A DNA stretch of 63,910 nucleotides, filler included, from Intoshia linei (taxonomy: Eukaryota > Animalia > Orthonectida), in assembly GCA_001642005.1 (NCBI GenBank). It is 7 parts of 7 records of this genome, joined end to end, with 100 filler letters (N's around TTAATTAATTAA, not from the genome) between each part and the next. Parts side by side here need not be neighbours in the genome. Positions count along the whole stretch, not along the records: positions 43,178 to 54,383 come from LWCA01001192.1; positions 54,484 to 58,119 come from LWCA01002060.1; 5 more parts are not named here. The stretch is one strand, 5' to 3'. Under the pieces are notes generated by a model that did no database searches, had not been told where the DNA came from, and saw only the letters and a list, made by a program, of their open reading frames with translations. The position numbers and the translations under genes were made by a program. Below are positions 44,326-57,456 of this stretch, one piece after another; the first letter of the stretch is position 1; the number at the start of each line of letters is the position of its first letter.

Positions 44326-44695
44326 TATTGAACTGAGCGTATAATAAAGAATCACTTCCATTTATAATAAATCCAAATATTTATTATTGCGTAGGTATAT
44401 TAATGTAATTGCCATCAAAAATAAAATAATTATATAATTATATATTTTTCGAATATTATAGATTTTGGCATGATTCAACATTTTTATTCAAATGTGATGA
44501 ATATAGTATTTAAAAAAATTTTATTAAATTATAGGCAAAATTTGATATGCAATTAGACATATTTTGGTACATTGAATCAATGTGATTGATATTAAATCGA
44601 CATCAATTTTTAATCAATTTATAAGTACTAATTATATAATAATTATTGATTTTATATATTGCTCAAAAACATTTATATTTTATTTTAAAAACATA

Positions 44696-45877
44696 ATGTC
44701 ACCCTTATTGTATGCACTATTAATTGGTTTTATTTTTATTTTATCAATCGGTTTAGTGGCAAATTCCATCATGATAACATTACTATACCAAAAAAATCGA
44801 TACAGAAAGAGTGCAACCAATTTATACGTGCTTAATTTAGCTTTGGCTGATTTTATATTCTTGTTATTTTGCGTCCCGATCCATGCAATAATGTATTTTT
44901 TTCAATCTTGGCCATTCAGTGCATCAATATGTGTGATTGTCAATTATTTACAATACCAAGCCATGTACTTGAGCATATATACCTTGTGTTCCATGACATT
45001 GGACAAATTATTGGCGATATGGAACCCAATAAAATGGCATCGAAAAGTTCGGATTAAATTGGCATTTTACATGCTGGGATCGATTTGGTTTTTGTCCATA
45101 ACATTTCCAATTATATGGTTATTTTTGTATGAAACAAAAAATATAGGAAAAGTGGTAATATGCAGCGACAATTGGGGTATCTATAAATATCTCAGATCTT
45201 ATTATTTTTTGTTTATTAATTTAACCGGATTCATATTACCTTCATTGTATATTCTTGTATCTACTATATACATTATTCGTCAAATTAAAAAAAAAATTAT
45301 AAAAAATGCAAATTTCAGTCAATCCATAGAAAGTCATTATGAAACATGCAAAAACAAAAAGAAATGGCCAATCTGTGCAAATAATAGAAAAAAGTTTAAA
45401 AAAAAAGTAACAAAATTTTATTACAGAAATTATAATTGGCAGCATGTCCTAGTTTCCAATTCTCTCAATTGTTTTGTTTCCAGTAAGGCTAGGCGAAAAC
45501 AATGTAAACCCATCCAACACGAGATATGTTCAGATTCGGTAGCATTATCGACAAAAGTTAAAAATTCCTTGAATAAGATCTACATCTCCATACCAGATAA
45601 GAGAAGGAAGGATTTTGAAAATAATACAATTTATCTCTTGATGATTATATTCATTTTATTCTTTTTTACCTGGCTGCCTACTTGCATTATATGGTTTTGG
45701 CAGAGTTATTTACTTGATCCTTATTTACACGGCAAAGTTTTTTACTATTTCAGGATATATGCTCATCTATCATCTTATGCTTATTCGTGTTCTAACCCAA
45801 TCGTTTATATTTTGTTTTCAACTAAATATAGAAAGCATTTTATACGAGTATGTGTTTGTAAATGTTTTAGTAAATAA
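44696..45877 (+). CDS. intronless rhodopsin-class neuropeptide GPCR, galanin/allatostatin-A receptor-like
   Basis: Seven hydrophobic segments; TNLYVLNLALADFIFLLFCVP, WPF...C, SIYTLCSMTLDKL, WLP, SYAYSCSNPIVY; first ATG at 44696. Confidence 0.9.
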   Translation: MSPLLYALLIGFIFILSIGLVANSIMITLLYQKNRYRKSATNLYVLNLALADFIFLLFCVPIHAIMYFFQSWPFSASICVIVNYLQYQAMYLSIYTLCSMTLDKLLAIWNPIKWHRKVRIKLAFYMLGSIWFLSITFPIIWLFLYETKNIGKVVICSDNWGIYKYLRSYYFLFINLTGFILPSLYILVSTIYIIRQIKKKIIKNANFSQSIESHYETCKNKKKWPICANNRKKFKKKVTKFYYRNYNWQHVLVSNSLNCFVSSKARRKQCKPIQHEICSDSVALSTKVKNSLNKIYISIPDKRRKDFENNTIYLLMIIFILFFFTWLPTCIIWFWQSYLLDPYLHGKVFYYFRIYAHLSSYAYSCSNPIVYILFSTKYRKHFIRVCVCKCFSK

Positions 45878-46569
45878 ATGTTATTTTTCCCACCAAATCA
45901 GTATTTTTTAATAGTAAAATATTTTAGTTTTACAAAACGTTAGTGTAGTTTAAGTAGGGTTGCCAGCCATCATTTAATTAAAATGTTTAGACCAACTGTA
46001 GTATATTTTTGAATCTTAAATAAACAATTCAGATTGCTGTAAAATTATATATTCATTTTTCAGAAACTAGGGTTTTACCGTAAAGATTGAAGTCGAACCG
46101 ACTGTACTTTGAGACGCAAAGAGGGCTCTACAAAACTTATGTAAAATGAGGCTCATCTTTAGAATTTTAGTAATTTAAAAAAATGTCATTCCTTAATATC
46201 ATAACTATTTAGTATACAAACTTTAGAATGTCAAGTTAAGTATCTTGGATTGATGAAAATTATAGGCCCGTTACGTGTGTTCTACGATTTTATATAAATG
46301 TTCAAGAATAGGAAAAAATGGATACTTATTCAAAAATAATAATACAAAAAGGGATTGCTAATTAGATTAAAATTTGTGGAGGCGATCAAATTACAAAATG
46401 TTATAATTAAACTTAATCTATAATATAACTTTTTTTAATGGAATGTTGCTTCTCGAGGTTGTGTATTTGAAACGCTTATTTGTCTGCTGATTCCATAATG
46501 AATTTTACATTTTGCTACTTAAAATTAAATTTTAGCTGATTAAATTTTGGTTTTATTGATTAATATTTT

Positions 46570-47430
46570 TTACTTATATAAAATGGAATGTCTGTGTGGC
46601 CGTCACCGTTTATTTACATTATAACATTGTTAATAAAATAAAAACGCTCAAATGTTTACAATCACAATGTTTAATGCAGTTTTTAATGGTTACTACAGTT
46701 ATGCAGCATTGCAAATTTAATTTCCAGAAATTGAGTTATAGAGGGTCAAAAACCCATATGTTTTTTTTCAAATAAAAAAAATTCACCCTAAAATTTAAAA
46801 AAACATACATTCTGGACACGTTAGTAATTCATTAACATGGTCGTAAATCTAAACCTCAGAAACTTACGTCTTCATGGTCAAAACCACACATTACTCTTTC
46901 TTTTTTTTAATAATAAAAAAAGTTTTAGAATTTTATAAAACATAAAGTCTGTGATAATTTTTTAATTCATAAGAATTATCAAAAATCTAAATTTTTACAA
47001 TCAAAACATAAGATTACCTTTTAAAAAATGAAAATATAATGCAGTCCTAGAATTACAAAAAAAGTACAACTTATACAGTTTTCTCTAGTTAACACATAAA
47101 AATTTTTAATACTACAAAGTGACGCCTTCGCAGTAGAAAAGCACTTTAGTATTATTATTAACAAAACAAAAAATTTGAAATAATTAAGGGTCTAAGAAAT
47201 AAAAAGAGACTATTCTGATACACATTATTCCAATTGATATAGATGCCAATTTTCAATCTCAGAAATCTACGCATTCCCGGTGAAAAATAACTTTTAATAT
47301 ATTATCAACCAATATTTTAAAAATTTTTAAATCAATTATAAAATTAAAAATGCAAATATTCTTCCTAAAACTTAAAAAAAATTAGCAATTGACTGCATAC
47401 ACGTTTGAAATACAGAAATATAAATTTCAA
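46570..47430 (+). mobile_element. Helitron family copy, second 5'-end variant
   Basis: TACTTATATAAAATGGAATGTCTGTG start; CTACGCATTCCCGGTGAAAAATAAC core. Confidence 0.7.
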
Positions 47431-47432
47431 TC

Positions 47433-47770
47433 TCATAAATTGATTCCTTCTGTTTTTTTATCATTGCTAAGTAATTTCTCAATTTTCAATAATACATTTT
47501 TTGATGTTAAAATCAAATGCAGTATAACTTTGTTACTGTCATATTGAGAATCAACATTTGTTTTAATGTGTGAAACATTCACCCGAAATGTGTGCTTAAG
47601 ATAATCGCAATAGATATTATTATAATAGCGACTATTGCAAAAATATTGTAATACAAAAATATCGGTCACAGGCCGACAATATGCCAATTTTTTATGAAGT
47701 ACGCAACCTTTTCCTGGTCTTGAAATTGATGCATGAAATTATGTTACACCTATACCGGTAGGTTTGACTC
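47433..47770 (-). pseudogene. orphan Cys/Tyr-rich coding relic or terminal exon
   Basis: About 100-codon frame FHASISRPGKGCVLHKKLAYCRPVTDIF...; possible acceptor near 47770 followed by an in-frame stop. Confidence 0.3.
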
Positions 47771-48141
47771 TAAATAAAAAATGATATTTAATAAATGATT
47801 TTTATGAGTTTTTTCTAAAAACATAATAGTAGACTAGAATATTTTAATATGTATAATTATATATATTATATTGAGTATTATGCATATTGTGTTATAATAA
47901 CACTTTAATTTTTTAAAACTTTTGACATAGTTTAAATCGTTCTAAAATTAGAATTCAGATTGGAATAATTCGTTATGCCATTAGAACAATATTAATCAAT
48001 TTCGAATTTACAAAACGAAAATTGTATCAATTATCACTATCGATGATCTTTTTGTAAAATATCGTCACTTTCCACAAGAATTTTTATATTATCGAGGATT
48101 TATCAATTTTTTGACCAAAACATAAAGGTTTTATAGTTTAA

Positions 48142-49082
48142 CCATTTTACTGTCTGTGTATTCTATACCGGGCTTCTCACATTTTTTAACTCACGAATCC
48201 TTTTCATCTAATATAATTATTCGCGACCCCTGTCCATCAAAATAATAAAAATATTACTAAAAAAAATACTATGTTAGTAGCCTAAAAATGTACACACAAT
48301 AATTGGAAATCAAGATATGAAAATAACGCTTATCAGTAAAATAAAAAAATTATATATACATTTTAATGATATGTACGAGGTACATTTAGGTACATTGTAC
48401 GTAATTGTTGCTTTTTACATAATAAATTAAATTGAGGCTTAATATTTGTGATTAATAGGTCTTAGAACCAATTCTATATCCTTAAGACTGAAACGATATT
48501 TTGTCTTTATTGCTATCATTCTTGAAAAGGCTGATTCACATAGATAAGTGATAGAAAACGAAAGAAGAATCGTTATAGCTATATTTGATCAAGGTCGAAA
48601 TTCTTTCGCCATTAAAAGCCAAAAAGTATCTAATGATTTCTCTTTAAAAAGAATTTTAATACTAGAATCAGTTGAAAGAACTGCAAATTCTTCTTTTTTC
48701 GGTTTTTAATTTTATTAGCCAATTTTTTCATTGATATATTAAAGTTTTTATAGATGAGTTTTAGTAATAGAGTAATTATTTAAATTTTGTAAATGACAAA
48801 CGGGATATTCAAATAAAAATAAAAAAAAATATTTAAAAAAACAACAATGTTAATAAATTTTCTTGCGACCCGTAATTTGAGAAGCCCTGTTCTAAACTAT
48901 ACACAGTAATTTCACTTCACATGCCTGTGTATTCTGATATACACAGCATAATTTTGAAAAACTTTATTCTTTTATTTTCATACATTTTCACATAGGTAAT
49001 TTAAAAATAATACAAGTTTAAATTAAAAAAAATTCCAGACGTGTGGTGATAGTACATAAAATTGCCTCAGACAGTGAAAGGG
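48142..49082. mobile_element. piggyBac-type MITE with nested hAT element
   Basis: TTAA|CCATTTTACTGTCTG ... CAGACAGTGAAAGGG|TTAA; internal TTCCAGACGTGTGGTGAT is the reverse complement of sequence in the 17171-17684 copy. Confidence 0.82.
48169..48889 (-). mobile_element. hAT (Charlie) deletion derivative with transposase C-terminal relic
   Basis: CGGGCTTCTCA ... TGAGAAGCCCTG; TSD TTCTATAC/TTCTAAAC; SLDTFW...TYLCESAFSRMIAIKTKYR. Confidence 0.85.
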
Positions 49083-49317
49083 TTAAGTACCAAGAAAAAT
49101 AGTTAAGTTTCATAAAATGAGACAATTAGTATAATTGTATCACTAATTATTTTACAGGAAACGGTCCTTCCTGAAATAACTCAAAGATAAATGACTGACA
49201 ACTAAACTAATGTAGTATTGTTGCAATTAAAAATACAAATATACAAAATATTGATATTTATTTAAAACCATGTAAATAAGTAAACGATGATATTTTACAA
49301 TAGCGAGTAGTTTAACT

Positions 49318-52300
49318 ATGAAATTTTCAAATCGGTCCACAGTAAGAGAAATTTATGAAGCGTCAATTGAACGGCGCAGAAGAGTCGAACAAAATAACGA
49401 AAATGCTAGAAACTCTGCAACTCAGTTTTATAATAGGGGAACAATCAATGCTCAAAAACTTAATGAATGGGAAAATTCTAGAAATTAGTAATATTTGAAA
49501 CCAATTTTAATGTTCATCATCCAAAATATCCAATATTTTAATTCTAAACTATATAGTTTACTATTACTATACTATAGCTTACTTGACTGTTATATACTTT
49601 GTACAAACAGTATCCTAGCTTCTGCAGAAGTAAAACCAAAAAAATAAATTCAATATTAAAATTTTAATTAAAAATGCTACTCATTATTATCAATACTTTA
49701 AAAAAATGGTTCGTAAATTTGAATTTCACATCCGCTTTTAATTTAATGCTTAATATGAGTAAAATATATCAATTTTGTATCGATAATTAACTAAAGTACT
49801 TTAAAAACATTTAGGATGAATTTTACCAACATTGCAAAGCATTGTAAATTACAATTTGTAATAAATACAAAAATGATAATAACAAAGTTGTATTGGTTTT
49901 TGTAGTTTTAAACTAAAATTTCGTTGAATTTTTTGAAAATGAGTTCATTTGTGTATTTGAGAATGAAAAATTGCGTAGCAATGAAAAAAAATCCGATGGA
50001 ATCACTTATATAGATTTCTACCCATATTTCTTTATTGGAAATGTGTAGACGTTCAATGCCCATTTTTTTGAAATTGTAGGATGAATATTTTCATTTTTGA
50101 TGTTTATCGAAACATTTGAAAAATATTGGTTCATAATATATTTTAAATTATTTTTCACCGGGAATGCGTAAATTTCTGGGGTTGAAATTTTGTATTTATA
50201 TCAACTGAAATAAGCTGTATGAGAATAAACTGTTTTTTTAATTATAGAACTGTTAATTATTTCAATTTTTTTTAATAAAATAGTTTCGAAATAAAAAAAA
50301 TGTATACGTAAGTGATTTTTTGACCATGAAAGCGTCATTTATTCAGTTTGAACTTTTTTTTTGAGTTAACAGGATAACTGTACCATCTGTAATTTTATTT
50401 TAAAAAAAGGTAATCTGATGTTTTTATCGTGAAAATGCACTTTTTTGAGGTTGCCATTTATTATAATGCTTATGATTTTAAAAACTATCCCAGAGTTTAT
50501 GTTTTATAAAATTTTAGTGTATGTTTCATTTTTTAACATGGGGTAATTTATGGTCTTAACCATGAAGGTGTGCGTTTCTGAGGCTGAGATTTACGACAAT
50601 GTTAATGATTTTAAAATGCGTCCCAGAATGTATGTTTTATTACATTTTGGGCTGATTTTTTTAAACAAAAGGGAAAATTGGGTTTTTGACTGTGAAGGAC
50701 TTAAATTTTGAAACTGAAAAATAGATAAAAACGGTATTAGTAATTGGGTTTTTTATATTATACGACTGTCAATTTTTTAAATAAACGGTAACACACGGAC
50801 ATTTAATTTTATATAAGTAAAGGATATACAAATTTTACAAAAAACAAAACATTAAAATTTTGTATTGAATTCAAAAATTATAATATTTAGCCACGAACAA
50901 AAACAAAAACAGCAAAATGAATCTGATATATTCAACAATAAACCAGAAAGTGAACAAATAAAACGTCGACGAGATAAAATGTCACAACTTTATAATTCCG
51001 AAGCTAATCAATATACAGTTTTTGTTTCTAAATAAATGTAATATTTTGTAAACAGAATGCTTTAAAACAATCCAAATTGGACGGAGACAATGAGGACAAG
51101 TTAAAATCAAATTTTGATTTGGACTCGTGTAATAAGAGAATTGATTATTTACGCACTCAACGAGAAACTGAAAGGAAAAAGGTAACATATTGTCATAAAA
51201 TAGAATGTGTTGATATTTTATTGTTTATATTTTAGCTTTCTGATAATTTACTTATGGAAAGAGAAAAACAAAGAAATTTAGAATTTAGAAAGGTAAATAA
51301 AAATATAATTTACATATTTAATATATATTTTTTAAATAACAGTACAAGTCAAATTTGGAAAATACAAAAATGAAAAATCATTGGAAATATCAAATTGAAG
51401 AGAAAAATATTGTAAAAAATTTAATTTTAATGTAATTGTAATTAACTGTTATTACATGTTGTATAGCTGAAAAACGAACAAGAAAATAAAAATAAAGAAT
51501 TGGAAAATGAATTAAATATAATTCATCAAAATCAATTGAAAATTGAAAATAATTTGGCTCTAGAAAAGCAAGAAATTCTTGATCAGAATAGAAGGGATCT
51601 CGAATATCAAATACAATCATTGGTAAAAAGAAAAGAGGAGGTTATTTGTCTAATAAATTTTTTTAAAGTCCATTTTAGCAACAAGTTAGTATTAGAGCAC
51701 AAGAGGATTTGATTTTGAAGGAAAATAAAAGACAGTCCATTTTGGAACAGCAAAAGTTGATTAACCTTAAAAGAAAAAATATCAAATACGGGTAAGATGT
51801 ATTTAAAACTTATCATTTTGTAAATTAGAGCAAAACTTTTAAAACAACACAAAACTGCAATGATGAGGCGATCTGAAATCATTAAAAATGAATTGGTGAT
51901 TATCTTACTTTTATACAAGCAATGTCTGTCTCTAACGGTTAGAGACACTAACCATTTGCATTGTATTTGTAAATCAAAGTCTAGAGTCTAGAAATTTAAA
52001 AAGCACAAATTTTTTCTGATAATGTTTTAGTCACTAAAATTTAGTAAATATTTTAACCCTAGAAATTTACATTTACCCTATAAAATTACAATTATAAATT
52101 TGATATTTTATCAAGCTAATTTAATTAACATTATAGCAAGAAGATTTGGATATCTTGCAACAACTTAAAGAATCTGAGACTACACAAGACTGCCAAAAGT
52201 TAAAATTCAAAAACGACTTTGAGTCAATGAGAGAAGTAATTATTTATTTGACTGTGCTAATTTTTTTTAGATGTTGGCTAAACAAAAAGAGTTAGAAAAG

Positions 52301-53259
52301 TATATATTCTTTACAATTAAATATTCAATAAAATTTTTGTGAAAATATAAAACAAAAATTAAAGTTGATGATTTCTTAATTAAAAAAACTTTAGATTAAG
52401 AGAACAACAATTGGAATTATTATTTAACGATGAAGCTGCTAGAATGTGGGATAAACGGGAAGAAGAATGGAGACGCGAGAGGCTTGCAAGACAAAAATTG
52501 ATGGATGAAGTTATTTTAGAAAGATCACAACAAACTAAAGAAAACTTGATAAAGAATGAAAATAAAAAGAATTTAGCCAAAGATGAAATAGATCGAATTA
52601 TGCATCAACTTGAAAAATTGAAATTTGATAGAAAAAATGAGATTGATCGCAAAATTAATAGTCAAAGAGAATATAAATTAATGTTGGAAAATCAAGTAAA
52701 ATCATGTTTTAATTATTTTAAAAATGTTTCAAATTTTAAGAGCCTTCCATATCCCTCCCTTTTTTAGGGGTTCGACGAAATTTTTATACAATAGGGGCTT
52801 GACTTTTTCAATTTTGGCATGAAAAGTTATATTGTTGAATATCAACTGTTTTGAATGTTAAATTTAAAATGTCAACTCAAAATGATTGAAAAAAAATTCT
52901 GATATTGTTGGGTAATCATAATACCATGCATTCTAACAATATAATTTATTGAAAAGTTATAAAAGGTATTCAAGTTACTTGATCGTTAGATTTTTTATGG
53001 GCTACTAAAAAATCGGTCCTACTTATTATCATGTCTTTCATTGATTTATTAATCTAGCGGTACCATAGTTAGATAAAACATTCGCATTAATATTTTAATT
53101 TAAATAAAATGACAGTTGGGCATTTTATTAATTTATTTTTAGATTAATGAAAAAAAAAGTCATGAAAAAGTCACATCTAATGACGAAAATAATATGCATT
53201 ATGACAAATGTTACGCTAATCGTATTAAAAATGAAATATCTGAAAATCATATCATTTAA
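49318..53259 (+). CDS. TCHP: trichoplein keratin filament-binding / ciliary coiled-coil protein, about 12 exons
   Basis: REQQLELLFNDEAARMWDKREEEWRRERLARQKLMDEVILERSQQ matches the TCHP C-terminal motif; N-terminal FY...KLNEW motif; GT-AG exons. Confidence 0.85.
49579..50824 (-). mobile_element. near full-length (~1.25 kb) non-autonomous Helitron in TCHP intron 1
   Basis: Minus-strand 5' A|TCCTTTACTTATATAAAA at 50824; 3' hairpin CTGTTTGTACAAAGTATATAACAG near 49587-49610. Confidence 0.78.
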
Positions 53260-53571
53260 ATTAAAAAACCATTTTTTGTTCACAAATTTAATGTTATTAA
53301 ACTTTTAATTAATTAATGTAAATTAAAACCTTTAAAATTATACTTTATTAGATTGTGTATTTTTTATAATTGTTGGAATAGAATTTTAAAAAAAATTACA
53401 GATGATAGTATCATAAATTAAAATCAAAAATTATAATTACATTTACTAATAAAATGAAAAACATTCAAAATATTTTTAGTGTTAACTTAATTTTAAATAT
53501 AACTATATTAAAACTGGGTTAAACATTATTGGAAGAAAGAGGATGGAAGACAAGTTAAGAAAGTTATATAG

Positions 53572-54383
53572 TCCTAACTTATATATATACTACGCGATTT
53601 TTGTTTGTCTGTGTGTGTGTCCTACTTTAATGAAATAACTAGCACTCTTAGAATTTTTTAAAGACCACATTTCAATTACAGTTTTTTCTGGGACGTATAA
53701 GATAAATTTCAATTTCCCAATTTACCATCTTAAGGGTCAAAAACCTCTGTTGTTCCTCCTTTTGAAAATTAAACAAGTGAAGAATTTAAAAAAATATACA
53801 CGCTGATGTGGATTTTATAATCATAAACAATATCATAAATTTAAATTTAAAAAAATTATATCTTCAGAGCCAAAACCCCAAATTACACTTCCTTTTTTTT
53901 GAAAACAGCCCTAGAATTTTAAAAAATTTACAGGTGGTAGAGTTGTATTATTTTAACACACATAAAAAATTTCAATCCGAATAAGTGACGACTTCACGGT
54001 CAAAAAAGCATTTAATTCATATTTTTTTTCTGAAATATTTTATTGAAACAATAAATGTGAAATAATTAACAGTTTAAAAATTAAAAAAAAAAATTATTCT
54101 GATAGAGCTTATTCCAGTTGATATAAATACAAAAGTTTAACCTGAGAAATCTACGCATTCCCGATGAAAAATAATTTTTAATATATTATGAACCAATTTT
54201 TCCAGAAATCAACCATTCATGGTAAAAAATAATTTTTAATATATTATCAACAATATTTTTCAAATATTTCGATTAAAATCAAAAATTAAATATGTAATTA
54301 TTGATGCTACAATTTCAAAAAAAATGTGCATTGTACGTCTACACATTTCCAGTAAAGACATATGAGTGAAAATCTATATAATT
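53572..54383 (+). mobile_element. Helitron family copy, truncated at linker
   Basis: TCCTAACTTATATATATACTACGCG 5' end; colinear with 19405-20020. Confidence 0.8.
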
Positions 54384-54595
54384 NNNNNNNNNNNNNNNNN
54401 NNNNNNNNNNNNNNNNNNNNNNNNNNNTTAATTAATTAANNNNNNNNNNNNNNNNNNNNNNNNNNNNNNNNNNNNNNNNNNNNTTATTTTAAAATATTGA
54501 GAATCACTCATTCTAACATTAATCAACCGAGGTATCTAGAAATTGTAAATTAATAAAACCAAAATCAATACTAATAAATGAAAATTAAAGCCTAC

Positions 54596-54790
54596 CTTAT
54601 CTAAATTTCTAAATTTAATCGTTTGACGTTGTGGTTCGCCCTCATTAAAATTTATGAACAAAACTTTCTTAGGTATTGGTTCAAATATTGGTTTGTCAAT
54701 GTCTAGAACGCATTGTGGTTGAAATGAAGTATTTCGCATGTCCAACAGTTTCTTTATCGTATAATTTCCCATCTCCCCAACAGAATTTGC
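54596..54790 (-). CDS. HYDIN: HYDIN N-terminal exon; rest of gene runs off the scaffold
   Basis: IKKLLDMRNTSFQ...LDIDKPIFEPIPKKVLFINFNEGEPQRQTIKFRNLDK matches the HYDIN N-terminal LLDM...D.D...F.P.P....F.N...LRN.DK region; AG acceptor and GT donor present. Confidence 0.82.
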
Positions 54791-55118
54791 CTAAATAATT
54801 CGATTAAATGTATTAAAATAACCTTTTAGTATAACAATTTGTAATAAATTATCAAATATATAAAAATTATACAATTTAGACTTTAAATTTTTTCACATTA
54901 CTGTCAATTTATTAATTTAAAAAATATACCATTTTTAAGATTAATTGATTATGTATTGAGTAAATTGCAATTAATATATTTAAAAATTTGTTGTATTTAT
55001 CTAGGAAACTATTTATAAATAATTTAAAAATATTGTTTACTAATGTAACCGAGTGTAATAATGTATTTTCAAAATACTTAATATTATGTTATTTATTACA
55101 AAGCCAATATAAAAAATT

Positions 55119-56406
55119 ATGAAGGAAGCAAAAAATTCGTTACATAAAACTTCTGATTTTGGCGTATCCAATTTTTTGATTCAAAACAAATTATCTTCTA
55201 ACGAAAACACCAATGTTGCCTCTTTTGGGACTATTCAAGTATATGAAACTGGACTCTGTCAATTTTCTTTGTATAATAGTGGAAATTATACTATAGAGTT
55301 TTCTTGGAAATTTCAAAAATTTAATTCAGATATGGTAAATGTATTTTTGAATAAAAATAGGAAACATGCAACTAATATACATGATAATTATCGCAAATCT
55401 GTTAATTACGAAATTTCTAATGAATTAAATGAACAATTTCATATTCATACTGATGTATCTGTTGTTCCAACAAATTATACTGCAAATATTACTATTGAAT
55501 GGAAGCCTACCAAAAAATATAACTTGGAAGGCACTTTTATTAATTTTTTTGTAATTATTTTATAATATCAGTTATAAAAAAAGTTGTGGAGAGATTCAAG
55601 GTATTATTAGGCATCACGGACCTAATACATTACTGTATTCTAAATTGATGAAAAAAATAAATTAATTAGAAAAATTTTTCGTATAATCTGGCGACATTAA
55701 AAAAAATATTTAAAAAAACAATTTGACCGCCGTATTTTTTATATGAACGTGAATAGATTCTACACTAAAGTCACGATTAGTTTCATACCGTTTTATTAGG
55801 ATTGTAACATGATATATCTATTTTATAATTTAGATAGATTCTTTAATGTTTTTCAGTCTAACAAATTAAATTACGTACTATCTGGTATGTTTCTTAGTGT
55901 TTTTGTAAGAAATAATAATAATAGTTTTATTCAGCCCGTACATAACGACCATCAATATTTAAGAAATATTGTAGTCACCATTACCCGTTCAATTATTATT
56001 GCGGATAATAAATTATAGATTCTAATTTTTTTTAGATAATTAATGGACCTCAATATAAAATAGCCCTTATGGGACGTTCAATGAAGCCCGCAATTCAATT
56101 TTCCTTTACAAATTACGATTTCGGTCCTTGTCTTATAAAATCAAATCCGTCAAAATGTAACTTAATCATGTCAAACACTGATACTAGGATAGTTTCTCTA
56201 TCCCATAGATGGGAAAATGATCAATCTACCAGTGATGAAATGAGTAATTTCATAAAAAAAATTTAAACATAGACGTCAGTATATTAGTTAATTTCAACCT
56301 CGGATCAATCAATCCACGGACCACTTCAGTGGTCTACTGGTGGCATATTTTTTTTATATATTACTATTTTTTCCATTTTGTACCATGTAAAAACCTTATC
56401 TATTAG
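55119..56406 (+). pseudogene. HYDIN: HYDIN C-terminal-region fragment (ASH/Ig-like domains); exons 55119-55550, 56036-56243, 56273-56406, ending prematurely
   Basis: CQFSLYNSGNYTIEFSW...WKPTKK...INGPQYKIALMGRSMKPAIQFSFTNYDFGPCLI matches distal HYDIN (PAIHFSFTSYNFGTCFI-like); third exon stops at TAG 56404-56406. Confidence 0.7.
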
Positions 56407-56649
56407 AGAATATCCTTATCTATATTATCCATAATAGATCTTCAAGATGAAATTTTCTAGATTTATATATGTACAATGTACATTGAGTAGGGAATAATAT
56501 CCGATTAATCGAAAACCCGGTTAATCGTTTAAAATAATGGGAGAAAAATAATCGGAATATATATAGAATAATCGAATTTTCAAAAATTGTCATAAATATA
56601 TCATTGAAGTCATGTATCACATTACTTTTTACTTTAAAATGAATTATTC

Positions 56650-57117
56650 CATTTTAACTTTTTTGTTTGTTAGCATTGTTTTAATAAAATATTTTAAAAA
56701 AAAATATATGAATACTAAAATGCTTTTTTGACCGTGAAGTGGGCACTTATTCGTATTGAAATTTTTTGAAATTCTAGGACTGTTTTCATTAAAAAAAGAA
56801 GGGTAATTTGTGGTTTTGGCGCTGAAGGTATAATTTTTTTAAATTTAACTTTATAGTAATGTTTATGATTTTAAAATCCGTATCAACGTATATATTTTTT
56901 AAATTCTTCAACTTGTTTGATTTTCGAAAAAAAGGACAATTGAAGTTTTTGACCTGTAAGATGTGAGTTTGGGAGGTTGAAATTTATCTTATTATACGTC
57001 CCGGAAAAAACTGTAATTGATATGTGGACTTTATAAATTTTTAAGACTGGTAGTTATTTCAATAAAGTGGAACACACACACCAACAAAAATCGCGTAGCA
57101 TATTATATAAGTAAGGA
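56650..57117 (-). mobile_element. Helitron copy nested in a MITE-like element rich in CGATTAATCG/ATAATCG motifs (~56470-57240)
   Basis: Minus-strand 5' A|TCCTTACTTATATAATATGCTACGCG; host ends TACAATGTA / TACATTGTA. Confidence 0.75.
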
Positions 57118-57456
57118 TTATTGGTTTTTATGTTAAAAATTTCAAATTCCGATTAATCGGATAATCGTTGTTCAAATAACCGGAATTATTCGATAATCGG
57201 TTTTTCAAATTTTCGAATAATCAGGACTCCATACATTGTACACATTATTGAAACTAACTATATCAAATTTTTTAATTATAATAAAGTATCTAACAAAAAA
57301 ATTGAATTAAAGGAAATTTTAAAAATTTATATGCAAATTTCGAAATTGAAAATTTCATAAACAGATTGAAATCTGAATTAATTTAATTTTTAAGCCTTTT
57401 TAAACACGATTAAAATGAATAAAATTTATAAAATATAATTTTCGATAATTTAGACT

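Noticed and set aside
54990-55050. RFX X-box-like motifs between the HYDIN pieces (e.g. GTTTACTAATGTAAC)
   Set aside because: Only a loose consensus match in AT-rich DNA; needs a PWM scan.
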